Source of the DNA: Gammaproteobacteria bacterium
Lineage (GTDB): Bacteria > Pseudomonadota > Gammaproteobacteria > HK1
Length of the DNA: 40,544 bases
NCBI GenBank assembly: GCA_041581935.1
Contig: JBFICP010000001.1
Location: 1 to 40,544 of the forward strand
Direction: 5' to 3'
The notes beneath the pieces were generated by a model, which was given only the letters and a program-made list of their open reading frames with translations, made no database searches and was not told the origin of the DNA. The translations under genes were made by a program, and so were the position numbers. Below are positions 8,645 to 18,077 of the stretch, piece after piece; position 1 is the stretch's first letter, and every line of letters begins with the position of its first letter.

Positions 8645-9490
8645 CTACAGCACCAGCTTCTTTTCGGTGGGCTCGAGGTTGTCGTAGTTCCAGAGCTGCT
8701 TGCCCGATACGATCTTGGTCATGTTCTCGACACCGTCGGGGGCATCGAGGTCGTACATGGCGAGCTTTCTCTTTAACCACGCCGCTTCCAGGTCGGTCAT
8801 CTCGGCTTCCACGGCGTCGACGCCGAGGTCCGCGATTTTCCCACCCACATATATAATCCCGTCGTACATGGAGTCGCCGAGATTCTTCCCGGCGTCTCCG
8901 CAGATAATCATCCGGCCGCGCTGCATCATGAATCCGCTGAAGGCACCCGTACGACCGCCGACGATGATGGTTCCGCCCTTCATGTCGATGCCGGTTCGGC
9001 TCCCGACGTCACCCTTGCATACGAGGTCGCCGCCGCGAATCGCTGCTCCGAAGGTGGAGCCTGCGTTTTTCTCGATGACGACGGTCCCCGACATCATATT
9101 CTCGGCGCAGGACCAGCCAACACGCCCGGAGATGCGTACATTCGGGCCATCGATGAGACCGACGCCGAAATAGCCGAGGCTACCCTCGAAGTAGAGCTGC
9201 AGACGATTGAGAATACCTACGCCGATCGAATGCTTGGCGCCGGGATTCTTTACAACGATGGTGCCATATCCCTCGCGCATGAGATCGCGAATTTTCAAAT
9301 TGATGGCCTTGGAATCCATGTTGGCAACGTCAATCTCGATGCGCTTGTTGAAGTCGACATCGAACGCACCCGGATAGGTAAAGTTCTCCTCTTCCTCGGG
9401 CAGGAAAAAGACCTGCTGGGTGCGGCCCGCCAGCTGCTCCGTGTGCATTCCCATCTCGTAGGATGCATGGTCGCGATCTAGCTCTGCCAT
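8645..9490 (-). CDS. GXGXG-motif protein (glutamate synthase C-terminal beta-helix domain-like; MgsB/GlxD-like)
   Basis: 281 aa with repeated G-x-G turns: GSLGYFGVGLIDGPNVRISGRVGW...GTVVIEKNAGSTFGAAIRGGDLVCKGDVGSRTGIDMKGGTIIVGG...ICGDAGKNLGDSMYDGIIYVGG. It overlaps the upstream gene by 13 nt. Confidence 0.9.
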   Translation of the reverse strand: MAELDRDHASYEMGMHTEQLAGRTQQVFFLPEEEENFTYPGAFDVDFNKRIEIDVANMDSKAINLKIRDLMREGYGTIVVKNPGAKHSIGVGILNRLQLYFEGSLGYFGVGLIDGPNVRISGRVGWSCAENMMSGTVVIEKNAGSTFGAAIRGGDLVCKGDVGSRTGIDMKGGTIIVGGRTGAFSGFMMQRGRMIICGDAGKNLGDSMYDGIIYVGGKIADLGVDAVEAEMTDLEAAWLKRKLAMYDLDAPDGVENMTKIVSGKQLWNYDNLEPTEKKLVL

Positions 9491-10413
9491 ACTTTGACCT
9501 CCCCTTCGTAGGGATCGTAGGTGTCGATCTCGTGGGGAAAGATGCTTCTGATGGCGACCTCTTCCGAGGCCAGCGCAACGAAATCATCGCTCTCATACAA
9601 GACCATGGGTTTTGCGGCCATGACGTCCTTGGCCATTCCGAGCTTGTCGCCAGTTGCCACCACGTAGGTAAACACGCCGTCAAGCTCATGAATGGATTGC
9701 TGCATGGCTTCCTCGAGCTCCTCTCCGCGATCGATAGCATCGGCGAGATACACGGCGATGAGCTCGGAGTCGCAGTTGGACATGAAGCGGTGACCGCGGC
9801 GCTCGAGTGCGCGACGCTTGCCCCAGTAGTTGGTCAGCTGGCCGTTGTGCACCACCGACACGTCGTTGAACGGATATGCCCAGTAAGGATGTGCGGATCG
9901 AATATCGACATCGGATTCCGTCGCCATGCGAGTGTGGCCGATGGCATGGGTGCCCTGGAAATCGTCGAGACCATACTGCTTGGATACGCGATTGGCGTCT
10001 CCGAGATCCTTGATGAGTTCGAGCGCGTGACCAATCGAGAGAATCTCCGCGCCGTCGACGTCCTCGATATAGTCCGCCAGCCGTTTCAGATCGCCGTCGA
10101 AGCTGAAAACATACCGATGGGCATATTCGGTAACCTGCTCCTCGGATTCGATGCGGGCGCCCAGCTCCTTCATGCGATTATCGACGGTCGCCTTGCGTTC
10201 CTTCATCTGGCGTACGATGTCGAAACCTTTCTTGATGTCTTCCTGCTCGGCCACCTTGAAACGCATGACGTGCTTGTCCGCCATCGGATTGCCGTACAGC
10301 GCAAATCCGCTGGAGTCGGGACCGCGATGCTTGAGCGACTGAAGCATCGCGGTCAACTCCCCGCCGATATTTGCGCTCTTTCCCTTGTGAATCAGTCCGG
10401 CTATTCCGCACAT
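9478..10413 (-). CDS. Class II (Ntn) glutamine amidotransferase-like protein (MgsA/GlxB-like)
   Basis: 311 aa. It starts MCGIAGL (Cys directly after Met, the Ntn nucleophile). Also present: HRGPDSSGFALYG, HTRMATESDV, VVHNGQLTNYW, CDSELIAVYL. Confidence 0.9.
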   Translation of the reverse strand: MCGIAGLIHKGKSANIGGELTAMLQSLKHRGPDSSGFALYGNPMADKHVMRFKVAEQEDIKKGFDIVRQMKERKATVDNRMKELGARIESEEQVTEYAHRYVFSFDGDLKRLADYIEDVDGAEILSIGHALELIKDLGDANRVSKQYGLDDFQGTHAIGHTRMATESDVDIRSAHPYWAYPFNDVSVVHNGQLTNYWGKRRALERRGHRFMSNCDSELIAVYLADAIDRGEELEEAMQQSIHELDGVFTYVVATGDKLGMAKDVMAAKPMVLYESDDFVALASEEVAIRSIFPHEIDTYDPYEGEVKVWQS

Positions 10414-10482
10414 GGATAAACACTCCTGGTCAATTTCAGGCCGCCCATAGGCTGCATTGACGATCGCCTGTCCTGACGATTG

Positions 10483-11955
10483 TCAGGGCAGACAGTCGAT
10501 ATATGTTTTCAAATCCCACTCGGTAACCGTGTGATTGAAGCGCTCCCACTCGTCGCGCTTGTAATGCATGAAGACCCTGAACATCTCATCCGGCATTGCC
10601 TCTCGAATAATTTCGTCGGCCTCCAGCCTCTCCAGCGCGTCGCCGAGAGACATGGGCAGCTTCTTCACCATCTTTCCCGCCTCCATGGCCTCGTAGATGT
10701 TGCGTTCTTCGGGTTCGCCGGGATCAATGTCGTTGTCGATACCGTCCTCGAACGCCTTCAGCAGCGCGCCCGCCATGAGGTACGGATTGACCATGGAGTC
10801 CACGGAACGGTATTCGAAGCGTCCCGGTGCCGAAATGCGCAAAGCGCATGTGCGGTTCTGATAACCCCAGTCGGCGAACACCGGTGCCCAGAATCCGGTA
10901 TCCCATAGTCGTCTGTAAGAGTTCACCGTAGATGATCCGATAGCGGTCAGAGCACCGAGATGCTTCATTACTCCGCCGATGCACTGCAACCCAACGGGTC
11001 CGGGCTTTCGCTCATCGAGCTTGGGATCCGGCATGAACAGATTCTCGCCACCGGTGCGATACGAGAACGCACCCTCCATTCCCGGCAGGGGTTTCTGATG
11101 GAGGCGATTCACCTGGTCTTCGCCGCCCGTCCAAAGCGACATGTTGTGATGACAGCCGGACGCCGAAACACCCATGAAAGGCTTGGACATGAAGCACGCG
11201 ATGTAGCCCATCTCACGGGCCACCTGGGCGCATATTTGGCGGTACGTCGTGAGCCGATCGCAGGTTCTCAACGCCTCGTCGAAGGTAAAATTGAGCTCGA
11301 GCTGCCCGGGCGCGTCCTCGTGATCGCCCTGGATCATGTCCAGACCCATAGCCTGAGCGTACTCGATGACCTTCATGAAGGCCGGGCGCAACCCCTCGAA
11401 CTGGTCGATGTGATAACAGTTCGGCTTGGTGACTCCGCCATTCGGTCCGCCGTCCTCGCCACGTTTCAACCACATCATCTCCGGCTCGGTGCCGTGGCGC
11501 AGATGCATGCCTTTGTACTTGTGCTTGAATGCATCGTGGAGAATGCGCAGATTCCCACGGCAGTCCGAGGTCAGATGACCGCCGGGATTCTCCCGCTCTT
11601 CACGATTGCGAAAGCAGGTGCAATAGACTCTTGCAACGCGTTTGTCCCAGGGAAGCTGACAGAAGGTTTCCGGATCGGGAATGCCCACTAGCTCCGAGGC
11701 CTCGGGACCGTATCCAATGTAATGCCCGTGGCGATCCAGATAGAGATTCGCCGTCGAGCCATAGACCAGCTGAAACCCGCGCTCAGCGATGCGTTCCCAG
11801 TGATCCGCGGGAATGCCCTTGCCGACGATGCGGCCGGTAACCGAAATGAACTGGTAGTAGATGTAGGTGATGCCGAGCTCGTTGATTTTTTCGCGCACCT
11901 GCCTGACGAGCTCGTCGCGTCCGGGCGCACTGACATGGACTTCCAGATCGGTCAT
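10483..11955 (-). CDS. Glutamine synthetase family protein (gamma-glutamyl-amine ligase candidate; GmaS/PuuA-like role)
   Basis: GS catalytic-domain motifs: GDHEDAPGQLELNF, MSKPFMGVSASGCHHNMSLW, STVNSYRRL, YQNRTCALRI, VDSMVNPYL. I prefer ATG 11955 (MTDLEVH) because GGAGGAG lies upstream. The track ORF extends to 12000. It is longer than the GS paralog at 31966. Confidence 0.85.
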   Translation of the reverse strand: MTDLEVHVSAPGRDELVRQVREKINELGITYIYYQFISVTGRIVGKGIPADHWERIAERGFQLVYGSTANLYLDRHGHYIGYGPEASELVGIPDPETFCQLPWDKRVARVYCTCFRNREERENPGGHLTSDCRGNLRILHDAFKHKYKGMHLRHGTEPEMMWLKRGEDGGPNGGVTKPNCYHIDQFEGLRPAFMKVIEYAQAMGLDMIQGDHEDAPGQLELNFTFDEALRTCDRLTTYRQICAQVAREMGYIACFMSKPFMGVSASGCHHNMSLWTGGEDQVNRLHQKPLPGMEGAFSYRTGGENLFMPDPKLDERKPGPVGLQCIGGVMKHLGALTAIGSSTVNSYRRLWDTGFWAPVFADWGYQNRTCALRISAPGRFEYRSVDSMVNPYLMAGALLKAFEDGIDNDIDPGEPEERNIYEAMEAGKMVKKLPMSLGDALERLEADEIIREAMPDEMFRVFMHYKRDEWERFNHTVTEWDLKTYIDCLP

Positions 11956-12033
11956 TTTCTTCTCCTCCTGGCGCCGATCATCGACATCGGCTTCGTTCAA
12001 TCGTCCGCCGGGTATTCCCGACTCTGTTGTTCT

Positions 12034-13377
12034 TCAGCTCCAAGGGAATGGGCTGTGAGACACCGGGTGGAGCTTTCCCTCGGCGTAACGCGAAAAACGA
12101 AACGGCTTCAGCAATTCGCTGCTGGAGCCGCAGATCTCAGCGGCGACCAGCTTGCCGACTCCGATCATCTTGTAGCCGTGATTCGAATCTGCGATCACGT
12201 AGCAGTTTTCTCGAAACACGTCGAACACCGGAAAGCTGTCCGGCGTGAACGCGCCGATACCACCGGACGGCTCGTTTTTGTATTTGCCGATTTGGCCCGA
12301 AAACCGCTCCTGACAGTGCGCCAGCGCCGAGCACCACATGTGTGCGAACCAATCGTCGACGACATAGTCCGGGGACTCGGTGCCGTAAGGGTCCACCTTT
12401 ACGTCGTCTGGCGGCGTGGTGATCTTATTGGGTGCCGCGCCGCCCTGGATGCCGCCGAAATGGAAATCCGGCTTGTAGTAGATACCCCACATCTGCTCGG
12501 TGATGAGCGATCCATCCACATCCGAAACAAGCGGTGCATCGCTGTCTACGTGGATGACGGGCGGGAAATCGCCATCGTTGGTCCTCTGCAGTCCCGGATC
12601 AACCCCCAAGGTGCCTTCCTGCAGCGACCAGAAGACCCACATGGGAATATCATCGTGCATGGTCCCGTCCGATCCTTTGATGCTGACCTTGCGCGGCAGC
12701 TCGAGCATGTCCCAGAGGCTCTTTACCCAGGGTCCGGCGGCCACGACGACGTAGTCGCATTCGATTGGGCCGCGATCGGTTTGCACGGCGCGGATCGCGT
12801 CACTCGCGTCGGCACTGACGAATCCCGTGACCCGTGCGCCGGTCAGAATCCGAACGCCTTCCGCTTCCGCCTTGTCGGCGAGTCCGTAAAGGCTGCTGGT
12901 ATTGTTGGCGTAGCCGCCGCGCTTCTCGTGCAGAACCGAAGTGATCCCCTCGGCCCGCCAATCGTGGAACAGACGGCGCATGTACTCGGACGATGCCTTG
13001 GCGCCTTCGACGAAAACCGATTCGTAGTCGATGTCCCTCTGCTGGTCGGCGATTCCGGCGACGTCTTCGCGCATGCATTCGGGACTTATCTGCATGTAGC
13101 CGACGGGATGATAGTGGTAGGTTTCCGCGTCGCTCTCCCAGACCGAGACACTGTGTGCCATGAGCTCGCGCATAGCCGGCTGGAAGTAATTGTTACGAAC
13201 CACGCCGCAGGCGATTCCCGAGGCCCCGGCGCCGATGGAGGTCTTGTCGACCACCAGAACGTCCTCGCCACTGCCGCGGCCACGGGACTTGAGCTCCCGG
13301 GCAAGATGCAACGCGGTGCTGAGACCGTGGATACCGGCGCCGATGATCAGATACTTGGCGTGGGTCGGAAATGCCAT
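12034..13377 (-). CDS. FAD-dependent oxidoreductase (DAO / sarcosine-oxidase-beta-like family)
   Basis: KYLIIGAGIHGLSTALHLAR...VLVVDKTSIGAGASGIACGVVRNNY is the typical DAO N-terminus. ATG 13377 (MAFPTHAK) places the GxGxxG at the N-terminus. The track ORF extends to 13431. Confidence 0.85.
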   Translation of the reverse strand: MAFPTHAKYLIIGAGIHGLSTALHLARELKSRGRGSGEDVLVVDKTSIGAGASGIACGVVRNNYFQPAMRELMAHSVSVWESDAETYHYHPVGYMQISPECMREDVAGIADQQRDIDYESVFVEGAKASSEYMRRLFHDWRAEGITSVLHEKRGGYANNTSSLYGLADKAEAEGVRILTGARVTGFVSADASDAIRAVQTDRGPIECDYVVVAAGPWVKSLWDMLELPRKVSIKGSDGTMHDDIPMWVFWSLQEGTLGVDPGLQRTNDGDFPPVIHVDSDAPLVSDVDGSLITEQMWGIYYKPDFHFGGIQGGAAPNKITTPPDDVKVDPYGTESPDYVVDDWFAHMWCSALAHCQERFSGQIGKYKNEPSGGIGAFTPDSFPVFDVFRENCYVIADSNHGYKMIGVGKLVAAEICGSSSELLKPFRFSRYAEGKLHPVSHSPFPWS

Positions 13378-13557
13378 CGAAGTTATCCTGTATAGACCAA
13401 ATTGAGGCCGGAAGTTCTTCCGAGGCGCCATGGCCCTCAGGTTGTCGCGACCTGCCCGTCAACCATCGCCGTGTCGACTCGGTCGCGAAATTACAGTTTC
13501 AGTCGCTCGGTTGCGGCTTGCGGCGCGTTTACGGTAGCGGGTATATTCAAACCGGCT

Positions 13558-13599
13558 TTGGGACCAATTTCAAGCCTGACGAAAAGAATCAATGGTCCA
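13558..13599. promoter_or_regulatory. Candidate GntR/FadR-type operator half-palindromes in the divergent promoter region
   Basis: ttgggaccaa (13558..13567; TTGG-nn-CCAA) and tggtcca (13593..13599; TGG-n-CCA) lie 30 to 75 nt upstream of the GntR gene. They sit in the 254-nt spacer shared with the oxidoreductase operon. The TGGTCC core resembles FadR-type boxes. Confidence 0.3.
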
Positions 13600-13631
13600 A
13601 ATCAATACCACTTTGAAATGGCTCGAGTGCG

Positions 13632-14366
13632 ATGGCCAATAGCTCGAATGGCTTCGCCGGATCCGCCCCGCCACGCAGCGGGGCAAACCTCGCCCAACCC
13701 GCCGTAACCGGCTCGGCGCGCATCGTCACGCAGCTGCGCCGCGCCATCCTCGACGGAAACTACGGCTATCGCGAGCGGGTACCTTCGGAGCGCGAGCTGG
13801 CGGCCGAGTTCGGCGCTGCGCGCGGCACGGTTCGCACCGCTTTGAAGCAACTCGAGGACATGAATCTCGTCATTCGGCGACCGGGGAGCGGAACCTTCGT
13901 ACGCTATCGCGGCCACGCTGACGAGGAGGACATCGCCGAGCAGACCTCGCCGCTCGAGCTGATCGAGGTGCGCCTGTCCGTGGAACCCTCGGTGGCGCGC
14001 CTGGCGGTCATGCACGCCAATGCCCAGGACATCGAACGCATGGCGGAGGCGCTGGCGCGGGTGGAGGGCGCGAATACCGATCCGGAAACGTTCTCGCGCG
14101 CTGACGAGACCTTTCATCTGGCGCTGGCCGAGAGCACCCGCAACCCGCTCATGGTCTGGCTGTACCGCCACATCAACGATGTGCGCGGGCATGCGCAGTG
14201 GAGCGTGCGCAAGGACAAGATTCTCACGCCGGCACGCATTTCCGAGTACAACAAGCAACACCGCGAGCTGTTCACGGCAATCGAGAGCCGGGATACCCAG
14301 GCCGCGGCCGAAATCATGACTCGGCATTTGGAAAAGGCCCGGGCCGACCTGCTGGGATTTGCCTGA
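13632..14366 (+). CDS. GntR-family transcriptional regulator, FadR subfamily (wHTH + FCD domain)
   Basis: 244 aa. LRRAILDGNYGYRERVPSERELAAEFGAARGTVRTALKQLEDMNLV is the GntR wHTH. The helical C-terminal domain has the E..R..E, H, H pattern typical of FCD (LELIEVRLSVEP...FHLALAE...EYNKQHRELF). Confidence 0.9.
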   Translation: MANSSNGFAGSAPPRSGANLAQPAVTGSARIVTQLRRAILDGNYGYRERVPSERELAAEFGAARGTVRTALKQLEDMNLVIRRPGSGTFVRYRGHADEEDIAEQTSPLELIEVRLSVEPSVARLAVMHANAQDIERMAEALARVEGANTDPETFSRADETFHLALAESTRNPLMVWLYRHINDVRGHAQWSVRKDKILTPARISEYNKQHRELFTAIESRDTQAAAEIMTRHLEKARADLLGFA

Positions 14367-14372
14367 CGCCGA

Positions 14373-15476
14373 CTAAGGTTCTTCGCTCACTCGATAGTCG
14401 GACGCGTCCAACCAGCTCCGGCGCACCTCGATCCCCCAGCCAGGGCCATCGGGTATCGATACGTTTCCGTCCACGGTGACGGGCACCGGATCGTATATGC
14501 CTGTCTGCCAGGGGTAATAGCCCTCATCGGGCTCGATGGAAAACTCCACGTAGGGGCCTGCGTTGGTCAGCGCGCCCATGAGATGTAAGGTGAAAACCGT
14601 CACCAGTGACAGGTTTGCCGAGTGCGGCGTTACCGGAAGACCCGCCACACGCGCCATCTCCGCGACCCGAAGCGTACGGCAGATACCGCCCAGGTAGCAG
14701 ACATCGGGCTGCGCCACGTTCACCGCGCCGATATCGATCATACGACGCCATACACCGAGATCGCAGTCCTGCTCACCGCCCGTGACATCGATATCGAGGG
14801 CACGCGTGACTTCGGCCGTCCATTCGAGCTGCCAGTACGGACACGGCTCCTCGAAGTGCACCACACCGTGGTCCTCGAGCATGCGGCCCACGGAGATGGC
14901 CTTCGCCGGTGTGTAACAGCTGTTGGCGTCGACCAGCAGGCGCACACCGTCTCCGACGGCGCTGCGCACCGCGGGAACGATAGCCTCAGTGCGTCCGGGC
15001 CACTCGTCCCGATCGTGGCCGCATTCGCGCCCGATTCGGAATTTGAAAGCGTTGTAACCATGAGTGTCACGCAGCTTCGCCAGGCGCGTTGCCTCGGCCT
15101 CGGGCGTGATGTCGCGGCGCATGCTGGAGCCGTACACCGGAAAGGCGCGTGGCTCGCCGCCGAGCAGCTCGCAAACGCTCTTCTCTTCGAGCTTTCCCCG
15201 CAGATCCCACAGGGCGGTATCCAGCCCGCCGATTGCGCGCTGCAGGTAGGAGCCCGGAAATTTGTGCTCCTTCACGGGAATTGCGTCGATCAGGGCTTCG
15301 ATGTTCAGGGCATCGTGCCCGAGCGCGTGGGGCGCCACCTGGCGGTGCACGATCAGAGCCGTGATATCCGCATTGTAAGGCGCCACCTGCCCCCAACCCT
15401 GCGCACCGGTATCCGTCGTGACCCGCACCAGGCAGACGAAGGCGTTGCTGAAAGTCTCGATGCGCTGGATCTTCAT
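14373..15476 (-). CDS. Mandelate racemase / muconate lactonizing enzyme family protein (enolase superfamily, probable acid-sugar-type dehydratase)
   Basis: 367 aa. MKIQRIETF...GWGQ is the capping domain. Metal-ligand contexts are [17 protein letters not shown] and VTGGEQD. The substrate cannot be inferred. Confidence 0.85.
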   Translation of the reverse strand: MKIQRIETFSNAFVCLVRVTTDTGAQGWGQVAPYNADITALIVHRQVAPHALGHDALNIEALIDAIPVKEHKFPGSYLQRAIGGLDTALWDLRGKLEEKSVCELLGGEPRAFPVYGSSMRRDITPEAEATRLAKLRDTHGYNAFKFRIGRECGHDRDEWPGRTEAIVPAVRSAVGDGVRLLVDANSCYTPAKAISVGRMLEDHGVVHFEEPCPYWQLEWTAEVTRALDIDVTGGEQDCDLGVWRRMIDIGAVNVAQPDVCYLGGICRTLRVAEMARVAGLPVTPHSANLSLVTVFTLHLMGALTNAGPYVEFSIEPDEGYYPWQTGIYDPVPVTVDGNVSIPDGPGWGIEVRRSWLDASDYRVSEEP

Positions 15477-15487
15477 AATCAGTACTC

Positions 15488-15509
15488 ACATACGCTCATG
15501 CTCGTATGT
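15488..15509. promoter_or_regulatory. 7-8-7 inverted repeat (acatacg-N8-cgtatgt) in a divergent promoter region
   Basis: Perfect 7-bp arms at 15488..15494 and 15503..15509, between the enolase-family gene (minus) and the TauE-family gene (plus). It is a plausible operator, and the GT/AC-rich arms fit GntR-type sites loosely. Confidence 0.3.
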
Positions 15510-15599
15510 AGCGAATCACCGAGTCGGCATCGTGCCGCAGTGTTTAAAATGGCGTAGCCTCTGCGGGTCGACTACTCGCACGCATTAGCGGTTTGTCCG

Positions 15600-16367
15600 G
15601 TGGAGACGTTTCTTTCTGCGATCAATCTGACGCTCGGAGAGCTCGGGTATTGCGTAGTCGCGGTATCGGCCGGTGCATATCTAAAGGGCTATACGGGATT
15701 CGGCGCCTCGATGCTCTGGGTGACGAGTCTCTCGCTCGCGCTGCCGCCGCTGCAGGTTGTCCCCATGGTCCTGATGTTCGAGGTGCTCACGAGCATCTAT
15801 CTGCTCCCCGGCCTCTGGCGGCAAGTTGACTGGAAATCAATCATCGTGCTGCTGATCGGCACCTGGGTAACCACCCCTTTCGGCGTCTACGCGCTGTCAT
15901 CGCTTCCGGCGTCGCCGATTCGCATCGCGCTCGGGCTCGTCGTGATTGCCGCCGCAATTCTCATCTTGCGCGGATTCGCATTGAGCCGGGTTCCCGGAAC
16001 GCCCGCGACACTGGCCGTCGGCGGCACCGCGGGATTGCTGAACGGCAGCATGGGAATCGTTGGTCCACCCGTGATTCTGTTCTACTTCTCTTCTCCCATC
16101 GGGGTTGCCGCGGGACGCGCATCGATTATCACCTACTTCATCGGTACGGACACTGTCGCCGTCGCGATATTTTCCGCTCAGGCCCTGATCGGCGAATCGC
16201 TGATATGGAGGACGCTTACGTTCCTGCCGGTTCTGTTCCTCGGGGTCGCGCTCGGCAACCGCGGATTTATCGGCACCGATCCCGCCAGATTCAAGCGGAT
16301 CGCGCTCGTGGTCCTGATAGCCCTTTCTGTCGCGCTCCTGGTTCGTGCTGTCTGGTTTTCTGGCTAG
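15600..16367 (+). CDS. TauE/SafE-family anion (sulfite/organosulfonate) exporter
   Basis: 255 aa, about 8 TM, Gly-rich helices (AYLKGYTGFGASML, GGTAGLLNGSMGIVGPPVILFY) typical of the family. GTG start. Confidence 0.75.
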   Translation: METFLSAINLTLGELGYCVVAVSAGAYLKGYTGFGASMLWVTSLSLALPPLQVVPMVLMFEVLTSIYLLPGLWRQVDWKSIIVLLIGTWVTTPFGVYALSSLPASPIRIALGLVVIAAAILILRGFALSRVPGTPATLAVGGTAGLLNGSMGIVGPPVILFYFSSPIGVAAGRASIITYFIGTDTVAVAIFSAQALIGESLIWRTLTFLPVLFLGVALGNRGFIGTDPARFKRIALVVLIALSVALLVRAVWFSG

Positions 16368-16371
16368 TTGT

Positions 16372-17265
16372 CTACATCTTGCCTTTCCAGGGCACCAAGA
16401 GCTTTTCGATACGCCGCATCAGGAGGTCGAACGCAAAAGCAATGAGACCGATGACCACAATGCCCAGGAAGACGATATCGGTCGCAAGGAACCGAGCGGC
16501 ATTGAGAACCATTACGCCGAGACCCGCCTTTGCCGCAACCATCTCTGCCGCGACCAGCGTTGTCCAACCGAATGCAATCGCGACTCGCATTCCGGTGAGA
16601 ATCTCCGGCAATGCGGCCTTGATGACAACTTGCCAAATGACCTGATTCTTGCTTGCTCCCATCGAATAGGCGGCGTGGATCTGCTCGATGGATACCGACC
16701 GAACGCCGGCCCTCGCATTGATGGCGAGCGGCGCGAAACACGCGAGAAAGATGAGAAATATTTTGGAGAAATCGCCAATACCGAACCAGATGATCGTCAG
16801 GGGCAGGTATGCGAGCGGCGGAATCGGCCGGTAAAACTCGATGGGGGGATCGAACACACCACGGGCCATTCGGTTCATGCCCATGGAGATACCGATGGGC
16901 ACGGCTGTGATAACGGCGAGGAAGAAGGATGTGAAAACCCTGTAAAGGCTCCACAATGTGTGCTCGAGCAGCGTGTGCTCGCTGAATCCCTCACACTCGG
17001 CCGTAACGTCTGCTCTCGCGCCGATGAAGACCATGAGCCTCTGAAAATAGTGCTCGGTGCACGCGATCTTGTTGAATTTCGCAATCACCATCTCGGGCGA
17101 TGGCAGAAACAGAGGTCTGACAAGTTCCAGATGCGTGACCAGCCACCAGCTGAAGAGAATCACAACGATAGTGACGACACTGATCAGCGTGCTGCGACCG
17201 GAACCCGGCGCGCCGTAGGGATCAACTGTCTGCTGCGCAGGTCCGGCAGTCCTCAACGAAAACAT
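16372..17265 (-). CDS. tauC: ABC transporter permease, taurine/sulfonate/nitrate (TauC/SsuC) type
   Basis: 297 aa. It carries the BPD_transp_1 EAA-like region AAYSMGASKNQVIWQVVIKAALPEILTGMRVA. It lies in an operon with TauB- and TauA-like genes. Confidence 0.8.
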   Translation of the reverse strand: MFSLRTAGPAQQTVDPYGAPGSGRSTLISVVTIVVILFSWWLVTHLELVRPLFLPSPEMVIAKFNKIACTEHYFQRLMVFIGARADVTAECEGFSEHTLLEHTLWSLYRVFTSFFLAVITAVPIGISMGMNRMARGVFDPPIEFYRPIPPLAYLPLTIIWFGIGDFSKIFLIFLACFAPLAINARAGVRSVSIEQIHAAYSMGASKNQVIWQVVIKAALPEILTGMRVAIAFGWTTLVAAEMVAAKAGLGVMVLNAARFLATDIVFLGIVVIGLIAFAFDLLMRRIEKLLVPWKGKM

Positions 17266-17270
17266 TTTAT

Positions 17271-18062
17271 CTACTTCTCCATTTCCTCACCGTAGATAAT
17301 CGAAAGAACCTCTTCGCGAACTTTAATGAACTTCGAGGCCGATTTGATTTTCCTGGCGTCACCGGTATCGAAATACTCTGCGGAGAAATCGAGACTGTAT
17401 TCGTGGGTAATGCGTCCCGGTCTTGGCGACATCACAATCAAGCGCGTCGCCATGAACAGCGCTTCCTCGACGCTATGTGTGATAAAAAATACGACCTTTT
17501 TGGTTTTTTTCCATACCTGCAAAATCAGCTCTTGCATGTTTTCCCGCGTGAACGCGTCCAAAGCTCCCAAGGGCTCGTCCATCAACAACATGTCGGGATT
17601 TGTCGTAAGGGCCCTCGCCAATCCGACGCGCTGCTGCATACCGCCCGAGAGCTGATAGACCGGATACGTTTCGAATTCCGATAATCCCACGAGGTTGAGA
17701 TTTTCGCGTGCAATGCGGCGCCGCTCTTCGTGCTTTATACCCTGGAGCTTGAGCCCGAACTCGGTATTCTCCACCACGTTGAACCACGGAAACAGCGCAT
17801 GCTTCTGAAAGACAACGCCTCTGTCCCTTCCCGGTCCCAGTACCGGTTCACCCATATGTGTGATTTGGCCGAATGTGGGTGGAATGAATCCGGCTATGAC
17901 GTTGAGCAGGGTGGTTTTTCCACATCCCGAAGCACCGAGCGCGACGACGAACTCGTCTTCGGAGAAGTTTAGATTGACCTTTTCGAGCGCGTGAACGCTC
18001 CCCCCTCCGGTGATGGAAGGAAATACAACACCAATGTTGTCTAGTCTTAAGATTTCGGTCAC
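17271..18062 (-). CDS. tauB: ABC transporter ATP-binding protein (TauB-like)
   Basis: Walker A GASGCGKTT, Q-loop VFQ, signature LSGGMQQR, Walker B LLMDEPLGALD, H-loop ITHS. Confidence 0.9.
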   Translation of the reverse strand: MTEILRLDNIGVVFPSITGGGSVHALEKVNLNFSEDEFVVALGASGCGKTTLLNVIAGFIPPTFGQITHMGEPVLGPGRDRGVVFQKHALFPWFNVVENTEFGLKLQGIKHEERRRIARENLNLVGLSEFETYPVYQLSGGMQQRVGLARALTTNPDMLLMDEPLGALDAFTRENMQELILQVWKKTKKVVFFITHSVEEALFMATRLIVMSPRPGRITHEYSLDFSAEYFDTGDARKIKSASKFIKVREEVLSIIYGEEMEK

Positions 18063-18077
18063 GAGTGCGTGGAAAGA

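Noticed and set aside
7009-8856. 615-aa plus-strand ORF
   Set aside because: It is an antisense shadow of the FMN glutamate-synthase-like and GXGXG genes. Its composition is Arg/Gly/His-rich and low-complexity with no motifs, while the opposite strand carries unmistakable family signatures and SD sites.
11722-13395. 557-aa plus-strand ORF
   Set aside because: It is an antisense shadow across the GS-like and FAD oxidoreductase genes. It spans their intergenic gap, has no domain signature, and is typical of open frames in GC-rich DNA.
16345-17295. 316-aa plus-strand ORF over the permease gene, plus similar long shadows at 9463..10419, 14622..15557, 20631..21470, 23823..24905, 33388..34356 and 36573..37349
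   Set aside because: Each lies opposite a gene with strong family motifs. None has an SD or recognisable domain, and their compositions are characteristic of out-of-frame GC-rich sequence.
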